Assembly (NCBI RefSeq): GCF_009914755.1
Contig: NC_060929.1
Length of the DNA: 64,000 bases
Direction: 5' to 3' (one strand)
Origin: the human T2T-CHM13v2.0 reference genome, Homo sapiens
The notes beneath the pieces are model-generated. The model saw only the letters and a list, made by a program, of their open reading frames with translations, searched no databases and had not been told where the DNA came from. Position numbers and translations under genes: made by a program. Shown in pieces: positions 46,364 to 62,194 of the stretch (position 1 is the stretch's first letter; each line of letters starts with the position of its first letter).

Positions 46364-46647
46364 TTTTTTTTTTTTTGAAATGGAGTCTTGCTCTGTCGCC
46401 CAGTCTGGACTGCAGTGGCGCAACCTCAGCTCACTGCAACCTCCGTCCCACAGGTTCACGCCAATTCTCCTGCCTCAGCCTCCTGAGTAGCTGGGACTAC
46501 AGTTGCCCGCCACTACGCTCGGCTAGTTTTTTGTATTTTTAGTAGAGACAGGGTTTCACCATGTTAGCCAGGATGGTCTCGATCTCCTGACCTTGTGATC
46601 CGCCCGCCTCAGCCTCCCAAAGTGCTGGGATTACAGGCATGAACCAA
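46364..46647 (-). mobile_element. Alu (AluSc/AluY-like), slightly 5'-truncated
   Basis: Reverse dimer with gttagccaggatggtctcgatctcc; exact 16-bp TSD AGAAAATAAATTCTTT at 46348-46363 and 46648-46663. Confidence 0.95.
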
Positions 46648-46660
46648 AGAAAATAAATTC

Positions 46661-47078
46661 TTTATTAGCTTCCTCAGGCCTCTGTAACAAAGTACCATAA
46701 ACTGAGTGGCTTAAGCAACAGAAATGAGTGTCTCACAGTTCTGGACACTGGAGGTTCTCAATCAAGTTGTTAACATGGTTGGTTCCTTCTGAGGGCTGTG
46801 AGGGAAAGCTCTGTTCCAGGGCCCTCTTTTTGGCTTGTTGTTGGCTGTGTTCTTCCTGTGTCTCCACACTGTCTTCTTTTGATGTGTGTCTGTCTCTGTG
46901 TCTGAATTTCCCCATTTTCTAAGGACACTAGTTCTATTGGATTATTAGGGCCCACCCTAATGACCTCATTTTAACTTGATTACTCCAACCCAAATAAGAT
47001 TACATTTTGAGGAACTGAGGGTTAGGACTGCAATGCATGAATTTGGGCGAGGAGGGAGGCATGGTTCAACCTACAACA
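46661..47078 (-). mobile_element. MaLR LTR (MLT1B/C-like)
   Basis: ctgtaacaaagtaccataaactgagtggcttaagcaacagaaat...attagggcccaccctaatgacctcattttaactt...ttcaacctacaaca. Confidence 0.85.
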
Positions 47079-47088
47079 AACTTTAAAC

Positions 47089-47361
47089 CAGTGTTTCCCA
47101 AATTTCAGCCATTTATGTATCATCATCACACATTTCCTCTATTCACACACCATGCACATGACTCACCTTTAATATTTATACATCACCTTGTTTTCATAAA
47201 ATAGATTTATGTTAAAAGGTAGCTTTATCTGTTGTATGAATGGTAAGCCAATGCTTTTCCAATATGCATTAAAATAATCATGAAAATTTAAAAGTTTTCA
47301 TACCAACTAACATTATCTTCTGTATCACCCTTGGTAGGCATATCACTGTTTTGGAAACATA
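47089..47361. mobile_element. hAT-Charlie-like DNA transposon fossil
   Basis: Starts cagtgtttcccaaa and ends ttttggaaaca (imperfect inverted termini) around an AT-rich core. Confidence 0.4.
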
Positions 47362-48330
47362 AATCCAAATGGTTTGTGAGTATGCAGGTTTGCACACATT
47401 CCACATGAGATGGGATCCCATTTGTCAATGGGTATTTTATTAAATGAGGCAAATCCCATTTAATTTAAGAGGTAGTAGTTCCCGAAGCTCCAGTGCTGCA
47501 AAGCACTTCTCAGCATCTCTCCAACCTCATAGGAACAGCCCACCCAGCTTTCTATATGGTAGAGACATGAGAAGATTCTAAAAATGGGAAAGCAGGTCTC
47601 ATTCCTCATCTCTCTCTTCTCTAGGGATTTGTCTATCTGCTGTGAGTGACGCATAGGAGAGCTATGGAATAGTGACACAGAATAGTAAGATGGGGTCAGG
47701 TATATTCAAACCTGAGGCTCATGGCTAATTGTTTTCTGAATGAGTTGTTGACCCTTCTGCTGTTAAAGGATGAAGGTGGATAGCAGAGGGCTTGGACATC
47801 ATCCCCATTGTCTTCCCAGCTCACTTCTTGGACTTCTGGCCAATGGACAAATAGAGCCAGAAGAGTAAATATGCCCCTGGAACCCTCCACTCCCATGGCA
47901 TACATGACCAATTTTTATGGACCACTTTTCTAGTAAGCCATTAAGGATCTCAAAATTCTTTTCAACACAACAATCTGGGAAGCCACTACCAATCTGTCAG
48001 CATTGCGTAAAGAGAGAAAACCAACAGGCCAGTCCCTATTGGGTGGTTTAGGCTGCTTTCTCTGTCTCCAACAAACAGTCAATCCTATAGATAGCCTAGA
48101 AAAAGCTCTTCACACCCCTGTTATCCTATCTACTCCCTTCCCACCTTTGTCTTCTTACTCTCTAGGACTCAGCTTGAATGCACCTCTCTAAAGAGACCCT
48201 CCTTTCCTTCTTCTTCACTAACTAAATAAATGACTAAATGCCTCCCATTATTCTTTATCTCAGGTTTTTGCTGGATTGCTTCATACAATGTATTAAGACT
48301 TGTGATTATGTATTTGCTTGGGCACTTATT

Positions 48331-50380
<2,050 letters not shown>

Positions 50381-50764
50381 ACTTATTAATTATTATAGTG
50401 GGAGACTTTAACACCCCACTGGCTTCCCTGGCTCTTAGAGCCTCTTCCATTCTGCTGGTTCTTTCCTTCTACTGTTTAGGGTGGTCAGCCTCCCTAGTAG
50501 ATTGCTGTTGTAGGGGCAAGTGACATTTATGTCCTATTCAGTTAAGTACCACTACCTCATCAAGCACCCTGTCCTAGAGACATGAGAAGTGGTTTAGTTT
50601 GATTTATTTTTTCTGATTGTCACATTCTACATGCTAAAAAGAGGTCACCTACATGAATTTCATATTGCAATGTGCCTGCTATAGGCCAGGAATTATTCAG
50701 AGATTTAAAGCTACATAATATTGAGGATGATGATAATACTAATACTTCTACAGTTAGTAATGGT

Positions 50765-50925
50765 TATAATAGCTAACAGTAATGAGTGCTTACTATATGC
50801 CAGGGACCATTATAAGCACTTTACATATATTATATCATTGAATTCTCATAAGAAATTTCTGAGGTAGTTATTATTATTGAGCCCATTTTTCTGATGAGAA
50901 CACTGAGGTACAAAGGGAATAACTG
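50765..50925 (-). mobile_element. MIR SINE
   Basis: atagctaaca...gagtgcttactatatgccaggg...taagcactttacatatatt...cccatttttctgatgagaacactgaggtaca. Confidence 0.8.
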
Positions 50926-51134
50926 CACCATGGGCCCTACTTTTGAGCAGTTCATGGTCTAGTGGGGGTTTAGGATGTAAAATGGTGATGCTGCTGCTAA
51001 TGATGATATAATATTAATAATAAACATCATTTGAATACAGTTTTAAGTAAAAAATAAGAAGACTACACATAAGACAGAAGAAGATTTGGCAACCATGTGA
51101 GTGGTGTGTGTATGTGAGCGAGGGAAAAGATGCA

Positions 51135-52229
<1,095 letters not shown>

Positions 52230-52494
52230 TGTGATCACAGAAGCAGTTGGTTGTCCTTGATATTAATGTTGATGCTACAGTAGTCTATGTATTCCTGTAA
52301 AGTAGGCAGGTCTTTAAAGAGGATATTCATTACAGCCTTGTTTATAATTGTGAAGATTTAAAAATATATATCTAAATATCCAGTGATAAAAGAATCAATA
52401 AATAAAATATTGTATATTTGTATTATGGAATTCATTTTATGCCACAGTGATAATGCATTAACTAGCTCTATATACATCAACATGGATAGTCTCA

Positions 52495-52680
<186 letters not shown>

Positions 52681-52821
52681 GTGTGAAAAAGGAAAATTTA
52701 AGAAAATGCACAGATGATGATTTAAAAAACAAAGAACAGAAATCTAATATTTATGGATCCCTCAATGTGTAGTAAAGGTATACAAACATGGAGGGGGAGA
52801 GCACCTCCCAAATTGTGCTAC

Positions 52822-53611
52822 TGATACGGAAGTGCTGGGTAGAGAAGGGCATGGTCCCTTTAAATGCTACGGAAGAGAGGAAGGGAAGTGCTGAGTAGAG
52901 GAGGGCATGGTCCCTGGCTAGGTCTCCACCTCCAGGCCTGTGCCCAGGGACCTAGGTGAGGACAGGCATTTTTGTTTTCCTGCCCAAATGTTGCATTTCC
53001 CAAGACCACCCTGGCTTGCCATGCCCCTATCCTGTGCCTATAAAAACCCCTGAGAGCCTAGTAGGCAGACACACAGACAGCTGGATGTTGACAGGAATGC
53101 ACCGGCATAGGAGCACAGCGGCATGCTGGCAGACCACCAACTGGCAGAATGACATGGAGGTTGGCCAAGGCAGTCAAAGGAGATCCTGGCCACCGAGTGG
53201 CCCCACGCTACAGGAAAACCATCTCCCTTCTGGCTCCCCTATTTGCTGAGAGCTACTTCCACTCAATAAAACCTTGCATTCATTCTCCAAGCCCACGTGT
53301 GATCCAATTCTTCTGGTACACCAAGGCAGGAACCCCAGGACACAGAAATCCCTCTGTCCTTGCAATAAGGCAGGGGTCTAATTGAGCTGACTAACACAAG
53401 CGAACTATAGATGGCAAACTAAAAGAGCACCCTGTAACACACGCCTACTGAGGCTTTAGCTGTAAACCCCTAGACACTGCCGTGGGGTCAGAGCCCCACA
53501 GCCTGCCCATCTGTATGCTCCCCTAGAGGTTTGAGCAGCAGGGCACTGAAGAAGCAAGTCACAACTCCATTGCACACCCTGCGAGGGGGCAAGGGAACCT
53601 TTCCCGTTTCA
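52822..53611 (+). mobile_element. ERV1-class solo LTR (LTR1-family-like)
   Basis: TG...CA termini, 4-bp TSD CTAC/CTAT, TATAAAA at 53039-53045, AATAAA at 53265-53270, duplicated ggaagtgctg(g/a)gtagag(a/g)agggcatggtccct in U3. Confidence 0.85.
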
Positions 53612-54974
53612 CTATCAGTTAGTTTCCTCTGTGGGTTTAGGGAGAGCAGGAGAGAAGTGAGATGGAAAGAGTGAGCAAACTGAACTTAAACTTGATCTAT
53701 TTGTAATGTTTTGTTTGTTTTTTAAAAATTAAGCAAGTAGAAGAAATCTCAACAATATTATATGGTGGGAATATTATTATATTTTGTTTGATATATTATT
53801 ATCTTTTTTTAAAATTATACAAATGTAATTTTTAAAAAACCTATTAATGTAACTTGGAAGACTTAAACCTACCGCTTTAGGTCCTGAGTTGTCCAGTGTA
53901 CGTCATCTGAAAAGAGTTTTCCTCCCATCCCACAATATCTAAGCAAGAGGACACATACCAGTTTCCTGATGGCAAAGCATAATTGCAGAACCTACCTCAA
54001 GCAGCAGCAGCCTCTGTAATGCAGGTCCCTCAAAGACATGCCATCTTATTTTAATCCATGTTGAAGTATCTTGTTTTACAAATTGGGTTGTGAATGGTCC
54101 TCACTCCCTACCCAGTTATAGTCCAAAATACAGCAACCACTCAGCCCTCCCATGGCCAACTTGGCAGGGAAGCCCTGTCTTTCCCCGACATGGGGTTCCC
54201 TTCCTCTATCATGTCCATAAATGCAAACTGTGTGGTGCTTACTCATCATGCTCCAGGATCCAGACCTGCTTGCTCTCTCCTCAGAACTCCAATTGAGGCT
54301 GGGGTTTCCCAGCCACCGCCAAAGAAATGCCTGTTTGCCACAGATGCCTTAGTTGGAGCTAGAGTGTTACCCATTGGAGTCCTGCGCACTCCAGAAATAG
54401 GCATCCAAACAGGGTCATAAGAGCCTGGGATGTCACCACTTTTTGCTGCCCAGGTCAAAATTCAGGGAAACCCAGCATTGTGAAGAAATGTGACTGGGGC
54501 AGAGTTTCCTGTTTGTGTTGCTGACACCGCAAGTGTTGCAAATCACTATCACAGTGTGATGGTGGTGGTTTGATTCTGACTGTTTCAATTCATTCCTGCC
54601 ATGTGTGTTCTATGACTGAAGTCCAATGCATGCATCAGGACAAGTTCTGGTGCATCTGTCAAGTCACAGCCTCTTTTAGCCACCTGTCTGCTGGCCCCAA
54701 ATCATTCTACCACCAAGATAATTTTACTTCAGGGTATAATAATGCATTCCTGCCCCAAGGACTTAGCAAAGACCAACTGCAACTTATCCTGATGGAGTTC
54801 AATTGCTGTGTGTGTCTAGTAAGAAAAGTTTCAAATGCTTTCCTTCCAAAAGGTGCTTGGGTTCCAAATGTAAATATACCCATCCTATTATTTAAGCCTT
54901 CAAGCTCCAACAAGAGTTCTTCTTGCAAAACAAACACTAAAATATTTCAAGGTGCCAGCTATAAATAAAAGGCT

Positions 54975-55135
54975 TTACTTGCATCTTTTCATTTAGTCCT
55001 CACAACAACTTTAAGAAATGCATGCTCTTCATTAGCCCCATTTTACAGAGAGGAAGAATGGAATAGCAAGAGGTAAAGTTACCTTTCCAAAGCCACATTC
55101 TTATTAAGTGACAGAATCAAGACGCAAATTCAGAA
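54975..55135 (-). mobile_element. MIR SINE
   Basis: catttagtcctcacaacaac...ccccattttacagagaggaa...gaggtaaagttacctttccaaagccaca...taagtgacaga. Confidence 0.75.
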
Positions 55136-55241
55136 GTGGCAATGGCCTTCTTTCTGTCCAATTTGAGCTGCCTCACAAATCCTTTCAGTGCCATTTCCCT
55201 GCTCCTCATTCCCTGCCACTGCACTTTTTCTTAGTTGTATT

Positions 55242-55377
55242 AAAAGTTACCTATCAGGTACTATTCTTATTATGTGAGTGACAAAATAATCTGTACACCA
55301 AACCCCCATGACCTGTAATTTACCTATATAACAAACCTGCACACACACCCCTGAACTTAAAATAAAAGTTTAAAAAA
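55242..55377 (+). mobile_element. Short L1 3' end (L1PA15/16-like)
   Basis: gtgacaaaataatctgtacaccaaacccccatgac...aacaaacctgcac...ccctgaacttaaaataaaagtt. Confidence 0.85.
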
Positions 55378-55518
55378 GCTAATTAAGTTAAACCTCTGAG
55401 TCCTTTCCAGGATCTCAACTTCAATGAAAGAAAACGTATTTTTTACTTTTAAATTATTATGAAAGATGCACACAAAAGAATATATGCAACATACATGTAA
55501 GTTACAAAGAATAGTAGT

Positions 55519-56078
55519 TTTATTAGTAAGGGTCCACCAGAGAGGCAGAAGCATTAGAAGATTATATATTTATACACACACATATATATCTATATGTGTT
55601 TGTGTGTGTGTGTGTGTGCATGTGTATAAAATGAAGAGATGTACTATAGGAATTGGCTCATGTGGTATAGAAGTTGAGAAGTCCCGTGATCTGCACTCTG
55701 CAACCTAGAAAACCAGGAAAGCTGCTTGTGTGATTCAATCTGAATCCCAAGACCTGAGAATCGGGGAGAGGGAAGTGTGATGGCCCTGGTCCTAAGTCCT
55801 GGTCTCAATTCAAATGCCCAAGAACCAGGACCACCAATAAGTCCTGGCTCAACCAGAGACGGCAGTTGTCTTCCTCTACCTTTTTGTTTTATTCAGACCC
55901 ACAATGGATTGAACTACGGTTCAATTTTGAATGCTCAGTGGCATTCACAAGGGAGATTTTCTACTGATTCAAATGCTAAACTCTTCCAGAAACACCCTCA
56001 CAGACACACCCAGAATAAAAGGTCATACCAGCTACCTGGGCATCCCTTAACCCAGTCAAGTTGCAATCAACCATCACA
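55519..56078 (-). mobile_element. MLT2 (ERVL) solo LTR with internal (TA)/(TG) microsatellite
   Basis: ggaattggctcatg...gagaagtcccgtgatctgc...ctgattcaaatgcta...ccagaaacaccctcacagacacacccaga...cccagtcaagttg...accatcaca; TSD GTAGT/ATAGT. Confidence 0.88.
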
Positions 56079-56412
56079 ATAGTAAAGCTAGAACATTATC
56101 AATACTCACGTGGTCCTGCTCAATCCTATCCCACTACACTCACAAAAGTAACCATTGTTGGGCTTTAGGCTTATCATTAATTTTTTAAAATGTTTTAAGC
56201 ATGTATCCCTAAATAATGTATTATTTTATTTTTAAATGAGCTTTATATAAATAATATAACCTATGTCATCTTTTGTGACTCTTTTTAGTATATTATTGAT
56301 TTAACGTGTAGATGGGTATTAGGCAAAGATTAACAGGTCTGACAATACCAAGCATCAGTGAGAATTTAGAGCAACCTGCACTGCTGGTAATAATGTAAAT
56401 TGGTATAAGCAC

Positions 56413-59117
56413 TGCTATGGATTAGATATGGTTTGTTTGTCCTTACCAAAGCTAAAATTTGATCCCCAGTGTGGTGTGTATTAATCCATTTTCATGCTGT
56501 TGATAAAGACATACCTGAGACTGGGAAGAAAAAGAGGTTTAATTGGATTTAAGTTCCACATGGCTGGCAAGGCCTCAGAATCACCGTGGGAGGCAAAAGG
56601 CACTTCTTACATGGTGGCAGCATGAGAAAATGAGTAAGAAGCAAAAGTGGAAACCCCTGATAAACCCATCAGATCTTGTGAGACTTATTCACTATCAGGA
56701 GAATAGCATGGGAAAGACTGGCCCCCATGATTCAATTACCTCCCCCTAGGTCCCTCCCACAACACATGAGAATTCTGGGAGATATAATTCAAGTTGAGAT
56801 TTGAGTGAGGACAGAGCCAAACCATATCATTCTGCCCTTGGTCCCTCCAAATCTCATGTCCTCACATTTCAAAACCAATCACACCTTCTCAACAGTCCCC
56901 CAAAGTCCCAAAGTCTTAACTCATTTCAGTATTAACCAAAAAGTCCACAGTCCAAAGTCTCATCTGAGATAAGGCAAGTTCCTTACGCCTATGAACCCAT
57001 AAAATCAAAAGCAAGCTAATTACTTCCTAGATACAATGGGGCTACAGGTATTGGGTAAATACGGCCATCCCAAATGGGAGAAATTGGCCAAAACAAAGGG
57101 GTTACAGGGCCCATGCAAGTCCGAAATCCAGTGGGGCAGTCAAATTTTAAAGCTCCAAAATGATCTCCTTTGACTCCAGGTCTCACATGCAGATCATGCT
57201 GATGCAAGAAGTAAGTTCCCATGGTCTTGGGCAGCTCCAACCCTGTGGCTTTGCAGGGTACAGCCCCCCTCCTGGCTGCTTTCATGGGCTGGTGTTGAGT
57301 GTCTGTGGCTTTTCCAGGCACACAATGCAAGCTGTCGGTGGATCTACCATTCTGGAGTCTGAAGGACAGTGGCCCTCTTCTCACAGCTCCACTAGACAGT
57401 GCCCCAGTAGGGGCCCTATGTGGGGGATCCGACCCCACATTTCCCTTCCACATTGCCCTAGCACAGGTTCTCCATGAGGGCACTGCCCCTGTAGCAAACT
57501 TTTGACTGGGCATCTAGGCATTTCCATACATCTTCTGAAAACTAGGCAGAGGTTCCCAAACTTCAATTCTTGACTTCTGTGCACTTGCAGGCTCAAAAAC
57601 ATGTGGAAGCTGCCAAGGACTGGGGCTTCTACCCTCTGAAGCCACAGCTCAAGCTGTATGTTGACCCCTTTCAGCCATGGCTGGAGCAGCTAGGACACAG
57701 GGCACCAAGTCCCTAGGCTGCACACAGCACAGGGACCCCTGGCCTGGTCCACAAAACCACGTTTTCCTCCTGGGCCTCCAGGCCTGTGATAGGAGGGGCT
57801 GCCATGAAGACCTCCGACATGTGCTGGAGACATTTTCCCATGGTCTTGGGGATTAACATTAGGCTCCTTGCTACTTATCCCAAATTTCTGCAGTCAGCTT
57901 GAATTTCTCCCTAGAAAATAGGTTTTTCTTTTGTATCACATCGTCAGGCTGCAAATTTTCCAAACTTCTATGCTCTGCTTCCCTTATAAAACTGAATGCA
58001 TTTAACAGTACTCAAGTCACATCTTGAATGCTATGCTGCTTAGAAATTTCTTCCACCAGATACCCTAAATCATCTTTCTCAAGTTCAAAGTTCCACAAAT
58101 CCCTAGGGCAGGTGCAAAATGCCACCAGTCTCTTTACTAAAACATAACAAGAGTCACCTTTATTCCAGTTCCCAACAAGTTCCTCATCTCCATCTGGGAC
58201 CACCTCAGCCTGGACCTTATTGTCCATATCGCTATCAGCATTTTGGGCAAAGCCATTTAACAAGTCTCTAGAAAGTTCCAAACTTTCCCACATTTTCCTG
58301 TCTTCTTCCGAGCCCCCTAAACTGTTCCAACCTCTGCCTGTTACCCAGTTTCAAAGTCGTTTCCACATTTTCGGGTATCTTTTCAGCAACACCCCACTCT
58401 ACTGGTACCAATTTACTGTATTAGTGCATTTTCACACTGTAGATAAAGACATACCCAAGCCTGGGAAGAAAAAGAGGTTTAATTGGACTTACAGTTCCAC
58501 AGGGCTGGGAGGTCTTAGAATCATGGGGGGAGGTAAAAGGCACTTCTTATATGGTGGCCACAAGAGAAATGAGGAAGAAGCAAAAGAGGAAACTCCTGAT
58601 AAACCCATCGGATCTCATGAGACTAGACCAGCCCTCCTTGTGGTTAAATTACCTCCCCCTAGGTCCCTCCCACAACACGTGGGAATTGTGGGAAATACAA
58701 TTCAAGTTGAGATTTGGGTGGGGACACAGCCAAACCATATCATGGTGGTATTGGAAGGTGGGGCTTAGTGGGAGGTGTTTGGGTCATGGGGGTGGATGAA
58801 TAACTTGGTGCTGTTTTTACAGTAGTAAGTGAGTTCTCATGCTTGTGAAGCTGGATTGGTTTTTGGGGGAATAGATTACTTCTTACAAGAGTGGGTTGTT
58901 ATAAAGTCAAGATGCCTCTCAAATTTGGTCCTTCTTTGTGTGTGCCTGCTTCCCTCTTGACTTTATCCACCATGTTTTGACACAGCACAAGAGGCTTCAT
59001 CAGAAGCTGAGAAGATGCAGGTGCCCTTGTACAACCTGCAGAACTGTGAGCCACATAAACCTCTTTTCTTTATAACCTCAGAAATTTCTTCATAGCAACA
59101 CAAAATGAACTAAGACA
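56413..59117 (+). mobile_element. MST solo LTR (MSTC-like), split into 56413-56476 and 58748-59117 by a THE1 element
   Basis: tgctatgg...gatccccagtgtggtg | gtattggaaggtggggc...catagcaacacaaaatgaactaagaca; exact TSD AGCAC at 56408-56412 and 59118-59122; sits inside an old L1M fragment. Confidence 0.88.
56477..58742 (-). mobile_element. Complete THE1 MaLR element (THE1A-like): LTR 56477-56829, internal 56830-58416, LTR 58417-58742
   Basis: Two direct LTRs (tgtatta...ccatatca), THE1-int ORF remnants (58012-58293 MWESLELSRDLLNGF), exact TSD TGGTG at 56472-56476 and 58743-58747. Confidence 0.95.
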
Positions 59118-62100
59118 AGCACTTTGGAAAACAATGAAACATTGTTTTGTAAGATTGAACAAATACATTTGCTACCTTCCAACAATTTCTCTCCTAAGCC
59201 CATGCACCAGACAAACTTTTGTGTACATGCACCAGAAGACAATGCAAGAATGTTCATAGAAGCCTTGCTCATAATAGCATGTAATGAAGTACTTTTGTCC
59301 TTGGGGATTAGTCATATGCTCTATCTCTGAATGAACTATTATTGAACTAGTTAACATGTTATTTTCCTAGGAAAAGATATGAAAAAGTGGTTTTCTCTAT
59401 CTTATTAATAGTAAAACAATTTGGACTGGTATGAGGCAAGAGTGTGGCTTTTGTGATTGCATCATGTCTTTAGACAAAATGTTTTTTAATGCTAAGTTCT
59501 AACTCTTGAAATCAACATGGTTGATGTCCTCACAGTTTAGCAAGAAGGTATCTGAATTCATTTGTCAGAGGTTGGAAGGTGTGGCAGAGGTGACAGAAGA
59601 GGCAGATTGATGGAAAATGAAAAGCTTGCAGATTTAAGACCCATGATTATCTCCCTCACCTCCCCCCATCTTTTGAGCATCAAAGTTTGTCTCCAGTGCA
59701 GAGAACCATATTTGTTGAGTCTGATAAATTATTAGATTAATTTTTGGCCCTTGTAGCCTATTTAAAAGTGTAGAAATTTTGACTTCATATTCAACTCCAA
59801 AGGGTCTCTTTCTTGGAAGAAGAACTGAGAGAAATTTGAGGTTTGAACTTTTCCACCAAAACATTTTTGGTAAACAGAATAATTCATTTCAGACTTTTTA
59901 CAAATGAGCCACATAAGTACAGAATTCCAAAATCTAACGCTCCCTCAGAGTGACTGTTCTGTGCTTAACGTGCAATACAAAGATAATGTTGTACATGTAC
60001 AAATACACCAAGTGTTAGATACTCCAAATTGCAAAACAAAATTCAGTAGTTGTAAGTGGATGTCCCATTTCTACCCTTCTCCTCTAATTGCCACCAGAAA
60101 GTTCATGCCAGCTTGCCCCACAACTCACAGCAGGATGCCCCCGCACTTCTGAAATTTCCCAAAAGAAAAGACTTATCCCCCAAGAGGTTAAGTGGCCTGC
60201 TCATGATCTCTGGGTGAGCAGCAGGGTTGAGACCAGGACCCAGACCTGAGAAAAATCTTTCTTCCTAATCAGGCTGTTTCCTGTTCCTCCCAATTCTCTG
60301 AAAAGGAAATGCTTTGTTTTTATTTGTTGTTTTGTCTCCACTACTTCTCAGAATGCTTTGAGAGCCCTTCTTTATTTGGCTTCAGAGACATTGTTTGCAT
60401 TTTCTTCAAATGAAAGGGAGCCCTGACGAGTTCACCTGATAACCTCATCACTGTGCATACATGAATGCCAATTACCACTCAGAAGACCAGTTTAATCCTC
60501 ACTTGTCAATAGTTTCCTTCCTGATAACACTTCCCACAGATTCTATAGATGGCTGGCTGGGCTCTGAGGTCCACAGAGCAGACAAGAAGCTTCCTGCAGA
60601 CTGAAGGGGAAGCTTTTCATAAACTTGCACCCCTTCTACCTCCTGCCCTCTCTGTCCCCTTCCAAGAATAGTCACATACTTAGAAGCAGTCTTTTAAGTA
60701 CTAACTGCAGAAAGGCATGCGGGGGGCGCCATTAAAAATGGCAAGAGGATGCTTATAGCCACTGTAAGGACTTCAGCTTTTTTTCTGCAGAGGACACAAG
60801 AGAATGAGAAATTCTCATTGTCCTAGAGAAGAATGTGACATTTTATTGCCTACCCTCCAATGCACCATATGCTGTTTGTGTGTGCACACACATACCAGAT
60901 CACATCTAAACTGTCCTTCAAGACATGAAGTGGTAGAACCTAATATCTTCATTGTGGTTTGAGAGTGACTGCACTGCAAAAGAGTCTCCATGATTTAAAA
61001 AGAAAAAATGTTTCCCTAGAGGTAGGGCGACAGTAACATGGGAAAGGTAGGGTAAGGAAACTAGTGCCATAGGAAACTCCTGAAAAATTCAGAGGGATGC
61101 TTAGAATTCAAGGCAGATTGGTAATTTACCTCTCACTTAATCTGTTTGAATATTCTTTGCATACTGATCCACTGTGGTAAAGAAATCTGTTCACTTAGCC
61201 CATGCCAGGAGGGATATGTGCATGACACACAGGCCAAAACACAGGAAAGGAGAAGGCAGAGCATCCCTAATTTTTCAGAGGAGTAATTCTCCCAACATCC
61301 TGCAAGGCTGAAACATGAAGATGCCCAAAAAGCCCTAGAAACCAGCTGAGAAGCCCTTAGTCCCAGAGGCTGCCCGGGGCCATTTCATATTGTACATCCT
61401 GCCTTCCTCAGAACCCATTACTCCAGATCCAACAGCCTCATGTTCTCCCTGATGCTTCCAATGTGCTAGTGAATTAAGCAAAAGCAGACAGAATTTAAAG
61501 AGGGTCTTCTGTGTAGATGAACAAGGTGGAGGAATTGGATGTCAAAATCAAAGTGCAAAGATAGAAATATTTCTCAGGCTGTAGGTGAATGCATTTGCAA
61601 CTGTGTACAGAAATATTTCTCCTAGGAATCTTCAGAAAAAATTCACTGGTTGAGACCTTGAACAGGAGTTCTGTTACCACAGAAGGGTGTCTACGTTATT
61701 CCTGGCAAAATAACTACGGATATATAGACCCATTCTTAAAGGAGGAATGGTTTCCATAGCTCTAGGCTTAAGAAAACCCATACTGGTGAACAGGTTGGAG
61801 ACAGAAATCCCAACCCTTTCCTTCTTGGTGCTTCACACACTTGGAAGAGGGTGAATCCCTTCCTCACAGGGATTTTGTGAGTAAAGAATATACCTGAGGT
61901 GACAATGTTTCAAAAAAGACAAGGTGCCACATAAATGGAACACCTACAGGCTAGAGCAGGAGACTTGAGCCCTTAGTTCCCAGATATACCTCAGTCAACC
62001 AAGAGCAGCTGGTTATGAAGCATGGGCAGTACCCTTGGACAAGCAGCCAGGTAACAGGAGAACAGATCTGCTTTTACTGAATGTGCACTGAATGCCACAC

Positions 62101-62194
62101 ATTATGCTGGAAACCTTTTACCCACCTACCTCATTTAATTCTTGCAAAACTGCTGCAAGAATACTTATTACCAGTCCTATTTAATAAAAGAGAA

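Noticed and set aside
54094-54968. 108-aa and 132-aa ORFs in unique DNA
   Set aside because: No recognisable domain, no clear exon structure or processed-pseudogene hallmarks; length compatible with chance.
57016-58768. 165-aa and 182-aa ORFs
   Set aside because: Lie within THE1 internal/LTR sequence; decayed MaLR remnants.
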